Source: Nostoc sp. PCC 7120 = FACHB-418 (lineage in GTDB: Bacteria > Cyanobacteriota > Cyanobacteriia > Cyanobacteriales > Nostocaceae). Taken from it: DNA of 32,000 bases. A program made the translations under genes and the position numbers. Below the pieces are notes generated by a model. The model worked only from the letters and a program-made list of their open reading frames with translations, was not told where the DNA came from and did no database searches. The DNA is taken from assembly GCF_000009705.1 (NCBI RefSeq), contig NC_003272.1:6360001-6392000 (forward strand). Direction: 5' to 3'. Shown piece after piece: positions 1 through 9,124 of this stretch; the stretch's first letter is position 1, and the number at the start of each line of letters is the position of its first letter.

Positions 1-425
1 TCATAATTTTGTTGGGCTACTCGTGCATTCATCTGAGCTTGCGATCGCGCCTGGCGCAGTGCAGAATTAAGTGAGCTAATCAATAATCCGACTAACACAA
101 ACTGAAGCAACCCCACTACACTAAATCCACTGACAGCCAGAGAATAAAAAGGGTGTAAGAGAAAGTAGGAGCAGACTACAGCAGACAAAAAAGTTGCCAA
201 CAATCCTGAGTTGAAGCCTCCATACCAGGAACTCACCATGACAGCAGCTAAAAACGGTGGGTAAATGGAATTGAGCCTCTGGATCTGCCACAGAAGTAAT
301 GTCAGTATAAGAGCCAGCAAAACGCTGAAGAAAGCAATACTATGGCTTTGTGGTTGCGATGACCTCTGGTCAGTCAAAGACCTTCGCCAAAGATTGGGAA
401 AAGCCCATCGCGTCAATTTCCGCAT
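1..425 (-). CDS. Sensor histidine kinase, N-terminal membrane (DUF4118-like) part. The rest of the gene runs off the left edge.
   Basis: Reverse-strand translation from the ATG at 425 stays open to base 1: MRKLTRWAFPNLW...IAFFSVLLALILTLLLWQ...AAVMVSSWYGGFNSGLLATFLSAVVCSYFLLHPFYSLAVSGFSVVGLLQFVLVGLLISSLNSALRQARSQAQ... The SxWYGG..GLLAT...YF..P block with flanking TM helices is typical of the DUF4118 sensor module of KdpD-like and other histidine kinases. The gene is divergent from a response-regulator gene. It is absent from the ORF track because it has no stop in the window. Confidence 0.6.
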   Translation of the reverse strand, partial: MRKLTRWAFPNLWRRSLTDQRSSQPQSHSIAFFSVLLALILTLLLWQIQRLNSIYPPFLAAVMVSSWYGGFNSGLLATFLSAVVCSYFLLHPFYSLAVSGFSVVGLLQFVLVGLLISSLNSALRQARSQAQMNARVAQQNY

Positions 426-589
426 TTTAGATTACTTCGGTAATGCCATTGGTTTATTCAAGTTCTGCACAAGTTTTCCACTTTCAACTTTTATCTTAAA
501 AAATTAATCTTCTCTTCAGAGTATGGTGATTTTCAATATTTCCCCTCACTTCACAATCATAATTCCGATGAGCGAGGAAAATAACCACG

Positions 590-961
590 ATGAATAGTAA
601 ACAAATTTTAGTTATTGATGACGAAGATGACATCCGCCAATTGATTCAGACTTGTCTAGAAATCATGGGGGGTTGGAATGTGTTGACTGCTACTTCAGGT
701 CATCAAGGATTACTTTTAGCTGAGTCATCTCAACCTGATGCCATCCTTTTAGATATCATGATGCCTGATATGGATGGTTTGACAACTCTTCAAAAACTCC
801 AGGCTAATCAAATCACTAAACATATACCTGTGATTTTACTAACGGCCAGAGGACGCACATCTGACCAGCGTTTATTTACCCAACTGGGAGCTAGAGGCAT
901 AATCAGTAAACCATTTAACCCTCAAAAACTTGCTGCTCAAGTAGCAGCAGCCTTGAAATAA
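590..961 (+). CDS. Single-domain (receiver-only, CheY-like) response regulator
   Basis: 123 aa. It has the acidic pocket VIDDEDD, the phospho-acceptor context LLDIMMPDMDG, a conserved LLTA threonine region and the SKPF lysine. No output domain is present. Confidence 0.9.
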   Translation: MNSKQILVIDDEDDIRQLIQTCLEIMGGWNVLTATSGHQGLLLAESSQPDAILLDIMMPDMDGLTTLQKLQANQITKHIPVILLTARGRTSDQRLFTQLGARGIISKPFNPQKLAAQVAAALK

Positions 962-1110
962 AGTAAATGAATAAATCAGCAAGACTGTTTTAAGTTCAGT
1001 TATCATGGGCTTCAATTATTAATATTCCTGCCTAGATATAATGGCATATTTGATGGAAAACTAGTATATCTATAGTCTTAGTAAGCTCACTCTTAAGTAT
1101 TAATTTATTC

Positions 1111-1128
1111 GGAAAATATATATTTTCC
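1111..1128. promoter_or_regulatory. Perfect 18-bp palindrome GGAAAATATATATTTTCC overlapping a tandem TTTTCCAC motif; possible operator
   Basis: Read directly: the reverse complement of 1111-1128 equals itself. It lies in the 430-bp AT-rich spacer upstream of the 1390 CDS. Function is unknown. Confidence 0.25.
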
Positions 1129-1389
1129 ACTAGTTTTCCACCTTTATCTTTTAGTTTATTAGTGAATATTGGTCAAATTTAAGTTTTAAGATATATTTAT
1201 ATTTAACAATGTTAAGACTTAACATCAAATCACAGTTGGTATTTATGTCGCAATTCTATTTAATATGCTTATAATTACATGAATTAAATTTAGGTAAACA
1301 TAAGCATTTTTAGTTTTTTTTGTCACTAGATATAACTGTTCTTATTTTAAATAAAGAAGTAACCAAATGAAATTGTCAAGGAGGTATTT

Positions 1390-2025
1390 ATGTACAATCT
1401 CAATCATTCTGGTTTGAAAAAAATGGGATTAACAGGAACAGCCTTTGGAAGTTTACTAATTGGCTTGTCTACAATTTCTCAATCAGCAGTAGCACAACCA
1501 CAAATGCCCACAGTTAATCCTTGTCCCAGTATTTTTTACGAAGAACCACATCGTAATCGAGTTATGGTTCCACCCGGATGTCCGCCGAATGCTGCAACTT
1601 TAAGATTACAACAGCAAGGGCAAACATTAGGTCAACCAACTATATTGGTGGTTCCTCGGCGTACAGGTGTACGACCCATACAGCCACCTGTCCCTGAAAG
1701 TCGGCAAAGTGCGATTGCCACTATTACACCAACAGCAGGTACTGTCGATGTAAAGCTAAAAAATAACACTAATGCTGGTATTTCTTATCAAGCAATTGGT
1801 CATACACAGCCTCGCTATATTACAGGTGGACAAGAGTTTATTCTGAGAAATTTACCAACGCCTGTCACTATTACTTTGGTACGTGAAGATGGTGGACTGC
1901 TAAAAGTAATGCCGATGTCTACCTCCCAAGGGGTGCTTTCAGTCTCGTTAGATGAAACAACCAATTTCGATAATAATCAAGGTGTCTTGAGAATTCAAAG
2001 GAATGGTCAGGTATTTTTAAATTAA
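1390..2025 (+). CDS. Hypothetical secreted protein (N-terminal signal peptide)
   Basis: 211 aa. A strong SD (AGGAGG at 1379-1384) sits 5 nt upstream of the ATG. The hydrophobic leader is MGLTGTAFGSLLIGLSTISQSAVAQP. I recognise no family. Confidence 0.6.
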   Translation: MYNLNHSGLKKMGLTGTAFGSLLIGLSTISQSAVAQPQMPTVNPCPSIFYEEPHRNRVMVPPGCPPNAATLRLQQQGQTLGQPTILVVPRRTGVRPIQPPVPESRQSAIATITPTAGTVDVKLKNNTNAGISYQAIGHTQPRYITGGQEFILRNLPTPVTITLVREDGGLLKVMPMSTSQGVLSVSLDETTNFDNNQGVLRIQRNGQVFLN

Positions 2026-2213
2026 TGTAGTTCACCCATTAATTTTTAATGTTTGGAAAAGCTGACTACCAACAATCAAAAGCTTTGTGATTGTAAAAAG
2101 ATATATCAAGCTAAGGGACAAAATCATCATTAAGATTGAGGCAAAAATGTGGGGAGCTTTGAATAATTAGTCATCTGAACTTGATATTAATCAAATTGAA
2201 TGGAGATTTTGCA

Positions 2214-3017
2214 ATGATCAACTTCGTCAGAAATAAGTGGAGTTCCAAAGGAGTTATTACTCTAGCAATCTCCACAGCTTTACTAGGAGCTTGTACCAAC
2301 AACTTAGAGCGAGAAGCCGCAGTACCAGAAAACAACGTTACTACAGAGGAAGTCACAGAAAATACAAACCAACTCATCGGTCGAACTGTAACCGTTAGAA
2401 GTACGCCTATCAGAACATTAGGCCCATCAACTTTTACAGTCAGCGATAAGGAATTTTTTGGTGCTGAACCAATTTTAGTGGTGAATGCTTCTGGTAAGAC
2501 TTTTACCTTACCTACTGACCCAAACACACCAATTCAAGCAACAGGCCCAGTTCGTAAGTTTGTAATTGCAGATATTAATCGAGATTACAACTTGGGTTTA
2601 GATGCCAACTTGTATAGAGATTACGAAAGTCAACCTGCAATTATCGCTCAATCACTGGCACTTGCTCCTAAACCTGGTGAACTTACCACAAACCCCAGTC
2701 TTTATTATGGCAAAACCCTAGCGGTGACAGGTGAAGTGGAAAATATTAGAAATACCAGTTCGTTTACCTTGGATGAAGATAAGTTATTTGGTGGAGAGGA
2801 TTTGTTAGTGATACGCGCCGGGACTCCGAAAGGAACTGTCAATGAAGGTGAGAAAGTTGCAGTTACAGGGGTGTTGCGTCCGTTTGTTGTAGCTGAATTG
2901 GAGCGGGATTACGATCTGAACTGGGATTTGACTTTGCAGAGGACACTGGAAGCAGAATACCGCAATAAACCTGTGTTAGTTGCAACAGAGGTTTATCCCT
3001 CAGCGATTCCCCAATAG
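2214..3017 (+). CDS. Hypothetical lipoprotein with an internal ~100-aa tandem duplication
   Basis: I prefer the ATG at 2214 (GGAG 8 nt upstream) over the TTG at 2181 in the ORF track. The lipobox is LLGAC. The two halves align: GRTVTVRS..STFTVSDKEFFGAEPILVV...ATGPVRKFVIADINRDYNLGLD versus GKTLAVTG..SSFTLDEDKLFGGEDLLVI...VTGVLRPFVVAELERDYDLNWD. Confidence 0.65.
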   Translation: MINFVRNKWSSKGVITLAISTALLGACTNNLEREAAVPENNVTTEEVTENTNQLIGRTVTVRSTPIRTLGPSTFTVSDKEFFGAEPILVVNASGKTFTLPTDPNTPIQATGPVRKFVIADINRDYNLGLDANLYRDYESQPAIIAQSLALAPKPGELTTNPSLYYGKTLAVTGEVENIRNTSSFTLDEDKLFGGEDLLVIRAGTPKGTVNEGEKVAVTGVLRPFVVAELERDYDLNWDLTLQRTLEAEYRNKPVLVATEVYPSAIPQ

Positions 3018-3106
3018 GAAATTCTTTCTGTACGCCTTTGAATCGACTCATAGTTAAAACTCCATCTTTTCAGATGTAAATCATTCTCAATTGGGACTCC
3101 TAATTT

Positions 3107-5563
3107 ATGGATATCCTCAACAAAACATTGCTCAACCTGCGAACAATCAAACTGCGTCGGTTCTTCGGGTCGCTGTTATATCCCTTACAACGAGATTGGT
3201 TAGAGCGTCAGTTTCTTAAGCCTCAAACCTTAGAAGCTGTTGAGGAAACTGGAGAAGTTTACAAAGCTGAAGCCACTAAAAGCGGTGGACAATTCAACTT
3301 CCAGCACTTTGAGTTGGAAATTTGTTTTTTGAGTGCTGATTTAGTGCGTGTTGAGTGGAAACCAGGGATATTACCTATTGCTTATGGTATTTCCCGCAAT
3401 GCTTGGCCAGAGGTAGAGACGACATTTCAAGAGACGGAAAAGTGTTGGACAATTTCTAGTTCACAGCTAAAGGTGATTGTTAACGTTGATGGTAGTCTGA
3501 AATTTCAGAACAGCTTAAGACTGACATTACGGGAGGAATTACCCCCTCAACGGCAAACAAAGCTATCACATCTAGGAAAAGAAGAAGCTTGGATACATCA
3601 AGCCAAACTGCGACCAGAAGAACATATTTATGGCTTGGGGGAAAGAGCAGCTCCGTTAAATCTCCGCACCTGCGGCAATGAAGAGGAAACTAGGACATAC
3701 AGAATGTGGAACTATGATGCAGGAGGCATATATGGGACGGGAACTGACCCCCTGTATCTTTGCATTCCAGTCTATTTAGGTCTGCATGAAGAAGGTAGCT
3801 ACTTAATTTTCTATGAAAATTCCTTTCCTGCCAACTTTAGTTTCTCAAACTTAGCTAGAGCCGAGTTTGAAGGCGGGATGTTGCGCTATTACTTTAGTGC
3901 GGGTTCTTTGCCTCAATTGTTGGAGCGATACACAGAATTAACAGGTCGCCCACCTCTACCACCACGCTGGACTTTTGGTTATCATCAGTCGCGTTGGGGG
4001 TACGAACGAGAAGCCGCACTGCGGGAAGTTGTAAAGGGGTTTGAAACATACAACATTCCCGTAAGTGCATTGCACCTAGATATTGATGTTTTAGATAATT
4101 TTCGTGCCTTTACCATTGACCCCGATCGCTTTCCTCATCTTCCTGAGTTAGCCGCAGAATTGGCAGCTAAGGGAATAAGGTTAATTACTATTATTAACCC
4201 TGGTGTTCGAGCATCCAGAAAAAACAAACTGTTTGAGGAAGGACGCGCTCAGGATGTCTTTTGTAAATTGCCAAATGGTAAACCTGCGATCGCTTCTGTT
4301 TGGGCAGGTTTATCTGCTTTCCCTGATTTTACCAATCCCCAAGCCCGTCACTGGTGGAGTAGACAGTATGAGTATCTGCTTGACCTGGGCATTACTGGAT
4401 TTTGGCATGATATGAATGAACCAGGTGTGTTTGTACTTTGGGGCGACCCTTCACTACCACCCCATGCAACTTGGCATTCAATGGAAGGTAGAGGTGGCGA
4501 CCACCGCGAAGCGCATAATTTTTATGGATTACTTCAAGCTGAGGCTGGATACCAAGCCTTATGTGAGTACCAACCTCAACGACGACCTTTCATTGTTTCG
4601 CGCTCTGGTTGGGCAGGTTTACAACGTTATGCCTGGACTTGGACGGGAGATATTATCACCAGTTGGGAAGGATTACGCCAAACTATTCCCACAGTTTTAA
4701 ACCTGGGATTATCGGGAATTGCTTACAGTGGTTCTGATATTGGTGGATTCAAGGGTCATCCGAGTGCAGAATTATACTTACGCTGGTTTCAGGTATCCTG
4801 CTTCATGCCATTTTGCCGCACCCATTCTGCCAATAATACTAAGCCTCGTACACCTTGGAGTTTTGGTGAACCAACGCTGGGTATTGTGCGGCAATTCTTA
4901 CAATTACGGTATCGTTTGATGCCCTATTTTTACACCTTAGCTTGGGAATCCACTCAAACCGGACATCCTCTAGTACGTCCTTTATTCTGGGCAGATCAGG
5001 ACAATCCTCACCTTTGGGATATAGATGATGCCTTTTTGTTGGGTGATGCCCTGTTAGTTGCGGCGATCGCCGAAGAAGGCGCAACCTCAAGAACAATTAT
5101 ATTACCTAAGGGAAATTGGTATAACTTTTGGAATGATGAACTCCTAGAGGGAGAAAAGCAGGTCAAATTAAAAGCACCTCTAGAACAAATACCGATATTG
5201 GTCAAAGCAGGAAGCATCTTACCAATGGAGGAAAATAATCAATTGATTCTTCATCTCTATCCGTCCGCATTCTTAACTAGTCAAGGTCAGGTTTACAGTG
5301 ATGAGGGTGATGGTTATGGTGAATCGCGGTGCGATCGTTTTTACTTAACGCACAATCAAGACTTCTTAGAACTGATTTGGAAACAACAGGGAGATTACGT
5401 TTTTCCTTACACGAGTGTTCAATTATATCTCCACGGGTTTGAACCGCAGCAAGTTTGGGTGGACGGCGATGAAGTTGTCAATCAGGGACGATGCTTAGAT
5501 TTAGAAATATTTGAGCAAGTTCGCTGGCAAGGAATGTTCACCCATTCTGAGTATTTCAACTAA
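3107..5563 (+). CDS. Glycoside hydrolase family 31 (alpha-glucosidase/alpha-xylosidase type)
   Basis: 818 aa. It has the GH31 nucleophile signature GFWHDMNEP, a WTWTGDI block, and an HNFYG/RSGWAG context. Confidence 0.9.
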   Translation: MDILNKTLLNLRTIKLRRFFGSLLYPLQRDWLERQFLKPQTLEAVEETGEVYKAEATKSGGQFNFQHFELEICFLSADLVRVEWKPGILPIAYGISRNAWPEVETTFQETEKCWTISSSQLKVIVNVDGSLKFQNSLRLTLREELPPQRQTKLSHLGKEEAWIHQAKLRPEEHIYGLGERAAPLNLRTCGNEEETRTYRMWNYDAGGIYGTGTDPLYLCIPVYLGLHEEGSYLIFYENSFPANFSFSNLARAEFEGGMLRYYFSAGSLPQLLERYTELTGRPPLPPRWTFGYHQSRWGYEREAALREVVKGFETYNIPVSALHLDIDVLDNFRAFTIDPDRFPHLPELAAELAAKGIRLITIINPGVRASRKNKLFEEGRAQDVFCKLPNGKPAIASVWAGLSAFPDFTNPQARHWWSRQYEYLLDLGITGFWHDMNEPGVFVLWGDPSLPPHATWHSMEGRGGDHREAHNFYGLLQAEAGYQALCEYQPQRRPFIVSRSGWAGLQRYAWTWTGDIITSWEGLRQTIPTVLNLGLSGIAYSGSDIGGFKGHPSAELYLRWFQVSCFMPFCRTHSANNTKPRTPWSFGEPTLGIVRQFLQLRYRLMPYFYTLAWESTQTGHPLVRPLFWADQDNPHLWDIDDAFLLGDALLVAAIAEEGATSRTIILPKGNWYNFWNDELLEGEKQVKLKAPLEQIPILVKAGSILPMEENNQLILHLYPSAFLTSQGQVYSDEGDGYGESRCDRFYLTHNQDFLELIWKQQGDYVFPYTSVQLYLHGFEPQQVWVDGDEVVNQGRCLDLEIFEQVRWQGMFTHSEYFN

Positions 5564-5662
5564 CCTTAAATCAGCTTATGTCAAATTATTGCTCTTTTAT
5601 TTTTATTAGTTATTGAAGTTAGGTATTAATCGATTTCAACAGATTTTTTAGGAGGTAAAAAC

Positions 5663-6175
5663 ATGGCTTTGTATAAACTCGATGAATATAACCCTAACTA
5701 CATCAATGAAATTTTTGGTGGTAATGACATTAAGGATTTTGATGTTTACGCTGACAATGATAAAATTGGTAATGTTGACAACATATTAGTTGATGAAGAT
5801 GACGGGCATTTTCGTTATTTCATCATTGATACAGGCTTTTGGGTGTTTGGTAAAAAGGTGTTGCTTCCTATTGGTTTAGCGCGCCTGAACTATGAAAATA
5901 AACGTTTGTTGGTACCTGGGCTAACTAAAGAGCAAGTAGAAAATTTACCGGAATTTAGCGAAGGTTTAGCAATCGATAATGATTACGAAGAGCGAGTTAG
6001 AGGGATTTATCGACCTTTAGTACCATTAGCAACGCCAGGCACAATGGGAATGTTTGGGACTCCAGCTACCTACAATTACACAATGGAGCCTTACTTTTAC
6101 GAACTCAATGATCCTTACTTCAGAACATACGCAGAAAACCTGAAAAATAGGAGGAATTTAGACAGAGCAATTTGA
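5663..6175 (+). CDS. PRC-barrel domain protein
   Basis: 170 aa with an SD (TAGGAGG) upstream. The N-terminal block DKIGNVDNILVDEDDGHFRYFIIDTGFWVFGKKVLLPIGLARL is typical of PRC-barrel proteins common in cyanobacteria. Confidence 0.75.
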   Translation: MALYKLDEYNPNYINEIFGGNDIKDFDVYADNDKIGNVDNILVDEDDGHFRYFIIDTGFWVFGKKVLLPIGLARLNYENKRLLVPGLTKEQVENLPEFSEGLAIDNDYEERVRGIYRPLVPLATPGTMGMFGTPATYNYTMEPYFYELNDPYFRTYAENLKNRRNLDRAI

Positions 6176-6204
6176 TAATTTGACTTATAGAGGAATATAA
6201 ATTT

Positions 6205-6597
6205 ATGAAACATCGATTTATTCGCTCAAGAATTCTAGCATTGGGTTTAATTTCTGCATTGTTTATGGGGATGTTGACCTTGGGTTTTGCGCCTGCTAAC
6301 GCGCAAGTAAATAGTAATGTTCAAAGAGCAGGTAGGCTCTCAAGATACACTCTTTTGAATGCTCCTTTTTTAAGACCAGGATCTCGTGGACAGGCGGTAA
6401 GAGATGTGCAAGCTGTTCTGCAATCTTTAGGATTTTATAATGGAGCGCTTGATGGTATCTACGGTCTGAGAACCGCTAGAGCCGTAGCAGCATTTCAGCG
6501 ATCGCAAAGATTGGTTGGTGATGGTAGGGTAGGAAAACTAACCTGGCAAGCATTACGCAATAGCAAGAATATACCACCCTTATCTGGCCCCTTCTGA
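6205..6597 (+). CDS. Secreted peptidoglycan-binding (PG_binding_1) domain protein
   Basis: 130 aa with a signal peptide ending in ANAQ. The PG_binding_1 pattern is GSRGQAVRDVQAVLQSLGFYNGALDGIYGLRTARAVAAFQRSQRLVGDGRVGKLTWQAL. Confidence 0.8.
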   Translation: MKHRFIRSRILALGLISALFMGMLTLGFAPANAQVNSNVQRAGRLSRYTLLNAPFLRPGSRGQAVRDVQAVLQSLGFYNGALDGIYGLRTARAVAAFQRSQRLVGDGRVGKLTWQALRNSKNIPPLSGPF

Positions 6598-6664
6598 CAG
6601 GTTTAATTCTAGTATTCTTAGACAATCTACCTACAATTAATGCTCATTCCACCCAAACCATAGA

Positions 6665-6862
6665 TTAACCCTCTTCTATCACTTTCACTTTGAGCATAAA
6701 AAAATAAATGTAGGTTAGGTTGAACGGAGTGAACCCTAGCAATACTAAAGTCTTTAGATGTTGGGTTTTGTTCCTCAACCCAACCTACGCCCAAATTTAT
6801 AAAAGTCTTGAAAAATAAGGGTTTTAGATTTTTATTTACCGAGAGTGATGAAAGAGGGTTAA
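6665..6862. mobile_element. MITE-like non-coding element with nested inverted repeats
   Basis: The outer inverted repeat is 6665-6683 TTAACCCTCTTCTATCACT against 6844-6862 (17/19 complementary). The inner inverted repeat is 6710-6723 GTAGGTTAGGTTGA against 6775-6788 (13/14). An innermost hairpin pairs 6760-6767 GTTGGGTT with 6777-6784 AACCCAAC. The 81-aa minus ORF here (containing GVGWVEEQNPT) is a translation artefact of the repeat. Confidence 0.4.
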
Positions 6863-6930
6863 CTATCAGCAAATCAACTTACTTGCTGATGTAAATTTTT
6901 TTAGTTCACAAGACGAGATGGAAAAAGACT

Positions 6931-8160
6931 CTAAACATTAGCTAAAGCTGCTCCTGGCACCAACTCCACCTTCACCCAGCCTGGTTGCCGTTGGTCAAAT
7001 GCTTTGTAAGCGTCGATAACTGACATAAGCGGTTCCACTTGGGTTAAGACTTTTGTGGGGTCTACTGTGCCATTACGAACTAAATCCACCAACAGAGGAA
7101 TATACTTGCGGTGATTACAATTCCCCATGTTGATAGTGAGATTTTTGTTCATTGCTGTACCAATGGGAAAGAAATTGTGAGTTGGGGGATAAACTCCAAT
7201 AATCGAGAGGGTTCCAGCTTTAGCTAATGCTTGAATTGACCATTCTAATGCTTGAGAAGGAGCATTACCAGGATGCCAATTGCCATTTTGGGGATTCGTT
7301 TCAGGGGCAATTTGTTGTAACTGCTGCTGAAATTGTTGAGCTTCTTGTCGTGCTTTTTTGGCTGCTGGGCCACTATCAGGCGCATTGGCATCTACACCAA
7401 CTGCTTCAATCACTCTATCCACACCAATTCCCCCAGTCAGTTCACGAATCGCCTCAATTGGGTCTTCGGCATTATAATCGATCACTTCTGCACCCAGATC
7501 ACGCGCCATTTCCAAGCGCGAGGGAATTGTATCTACTGCAATGATGCGTCCTGCACCGAAAAGTCTGGCGCTGACAATGGCAAACTGGCCAACAGGGCCA
7601 CAACCAAAGATAGCGACTGTGTCACCTGGTGTGATCTCTGCAATATCAGCTCCAAAGTATGCCGTAGGAAAGATATCAGACAGCAGAATTGCTTGGTCGT
7701 CTGTAACTTCTTTTGGTAGCTTGACTAACCCTGCATTAGCATAAGGAATCCGAGCATATTCTGCCTGCAATCCATCGAATGGGCCTGCTGCTTCTGGGCC
7801 TCCGAAGAAAGCTGTCCCAGCGTTATGTCCGTGGGGGTTGGCGTTATCACATTGAGCATGATAACCTGAACGACAGTAAGAACAGTAGCCACAAGCAATT
7901 GTCGAGGGAACGACAACGCGATCGCCCACTTGCAAATTCCGCACGTTAGAACCAAGTTCTTCAACAATACCAACGCCTTCATGTCCCAGAATGGTACCGG
8001 GTTTCATGCCTGTGAATGTTCCCCGAATCATGTGTAAATCTGTGCCGCAAATTGCGCTAGAAGTCAGTCGAATAATGGCATCTGTTGGCTCTTTAATCTT
8101 TGGTTCTGGTACGTTATCTAATCGGATATCCCCGATTCCGTGAAAAACAACTGCTTTCAT
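6931..8160 (-). CDS. Zn-dependent medium-chain alcohol dehydrogenase (glutathione-independent formaldehyde dehydrogenase-like)
   Basis: I chose the start at the ATG at 8160 (MKAVVFHG..., AGGAG upstream) rather than 8196. It has the catalytic Zn ligands in CGTDLH and GHEGVG, a structural Zn Cys cluster CGYCSYCRSGYHAQC, and the NAD fold FGCGPVGQ. Confidence 0.9.
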   Translation of the reverse strand: MKAVVFHGIGDIRLDNVPEPKIKEPTDAIIRLTSSAICGTDLHMIRGTFTGMKPGTILGHEGVGIVEELGSNVRNLQVGDRVVVPSTIACGYCSYCRSGYHAQCDNANPHGHNAGTAFFGGPEAAGPFDGLQAEYARIPYANAGLVKLPKEVTDDQAILLSDIFPTAYFGADIAEITPGDTVAIFGCGPVGQFAIVSARLFGAGRIIAVDTIPSRLEMARDLGAEVIDYNAEDPIEAIRELTGGIGVDRVIEAVGVDANAPDSGPAAKKARQEAQQFQQQLQQIAPETNPQNGNWHPGNAPSQALEWSIQALAKAGTLSIIGVYPPTHNFFPIGTAMNKNLTINMGNCNHRKYIPLLVDLVRNGTVDPTKVLTQVEPLMSVIDAYKAFDQRQPGWVKVELVPGAALANV

Positions 8161-8743
8161 GGTGAATACTCCTAACGAATGATGTTTATCTTTCACAACA
8201 AAATAGCTAGTGTGTTTAGCTATTAAAAAATATGAGCAATTTTTTATTTATTTAATAAAGTAGAAAAACTGTAGATAAGTTAGTTATTCGATGGTAAATT
8301 CCACAACGAATAAACTTGGTTATAAACTAAATAGCCTACGTACTTAATTTTTATGGTATCGATATTTTCATGGTTTTTTCTCACCCTTAAGAAAGAGATA
8401 AACTCTCAATATCAATCTCAAGCAAAAATCGGCTATTTCTACCATTTTTTAACAATGGTGTAACCACTATTTGCCACTACGAAACAGAGTCTTGAATTTT
8501 ACTAGGATGTCTAAAGCAGAAGCTATGGTAGTTGAACTCATCTAATAAAATAATGGGGAGTAGCTAGATTCTTGAGCAGCAAATAAATATACCCACAAAA
8601 ATGAAATCATCATGAAATTATGCTATTTCATAAGTCATAATTACTCTTTACTCCTATTGGTAGGGGCAGTTATGCCTTTAGATGTCTAAGGTAAGTCTAA
8701 AGGCAATTATGCCTACAATTTAGTAAGTAGAGAGGTAAAAATC

Positions 8744-9112
8744 TTGGCTATACAACAACTGTCCTTGAATCAAATTAACCAAGAGGTGCAGGAGTGCATC
8801 CAAAATTGCTTAGATTGCCATAGCATCTGCTTAAATACCGTGACTTACTGCTTACAAAAAGGTGGTAATCATACAGAAGCATCTCATATTAGGTTACTGC
8901 TTGATTGCGCTGAAATTTGTGAAACTAGTGCCAATTTTATGCTGCGGACTTCTGAACTTCATACTCGTACCTGCGGTACTTGTGCAGAAGTTTGTGAGCG
9001 TTGCGCTCAGAATTGCGATCGCTTCGGTGATGATGCTCAAATGAAAGCTTGCACTGATATGTGTCGTCGCTGTGCCGAATCTTGTCGGCGAATGTCAATG
9101 GCAACTGCATAA
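8744..9112 (+). CDS. Cys-rich four-helix-bundle protein (DUF326 family, Csp3/YhjQ-like putative cytosolic copper-binding protein)
   Basis: 122 aa with a TTG start. It has 16 Cys arranged in repeated CxxxC/CxxC spacing along predicted helices (CIQNCLDCHSIC, CAEIC, CGTCAEVCERCAQNC, CTDMCRRCAESC). There is no signal peptide. Confidence 0.7.
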   Translation: MAIQQLSLNQINQEVQECIQNCLDCHSICLNTVTYCLQKGGNHTEASHIRLLLDCAEICETSANFMLRTSELHTRTCGTCAEVCERCAQNCDRFGDDAQMKACTDMCRRCAESCRRMSMATA

Positions 9113-9124
9113 GTCATTAAAAAT

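Noticed and set aside
265-507. 80-aa plus-strand ORF from the track
   Set aside because: It is antisense to the clearly DUF4118-like histidine kinase N-terminus (minus strand, ATG at 425). Its sequence has no family resemblance, so it is a shadow ORF.
4203-5217. Several 66-94 aa ORFs in alternative frames or on the opposite strand inside the GH31 gene
   Set aside because: They are fully embedded in a strongly supported 818-aa CDS, with no independent signals.
6627-6872. 81-aa minus-strand ORF
   Set aside because: It is coextensive with the nested inverted-repeat element. The peptide (GVGWVEEQNPT...) is the typical read-through artefact of this repeat type.
7227-7982. Plus- and minus-strand ORFs overlapping the dehydrogenase gene, and the 12-codon N-terminal extension to 8196
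   Set aside because: These are shadow ORFs. The ATG at 8160 has an AGGAG SD and gives the canonical MKAVVF... ADH N-terminus.
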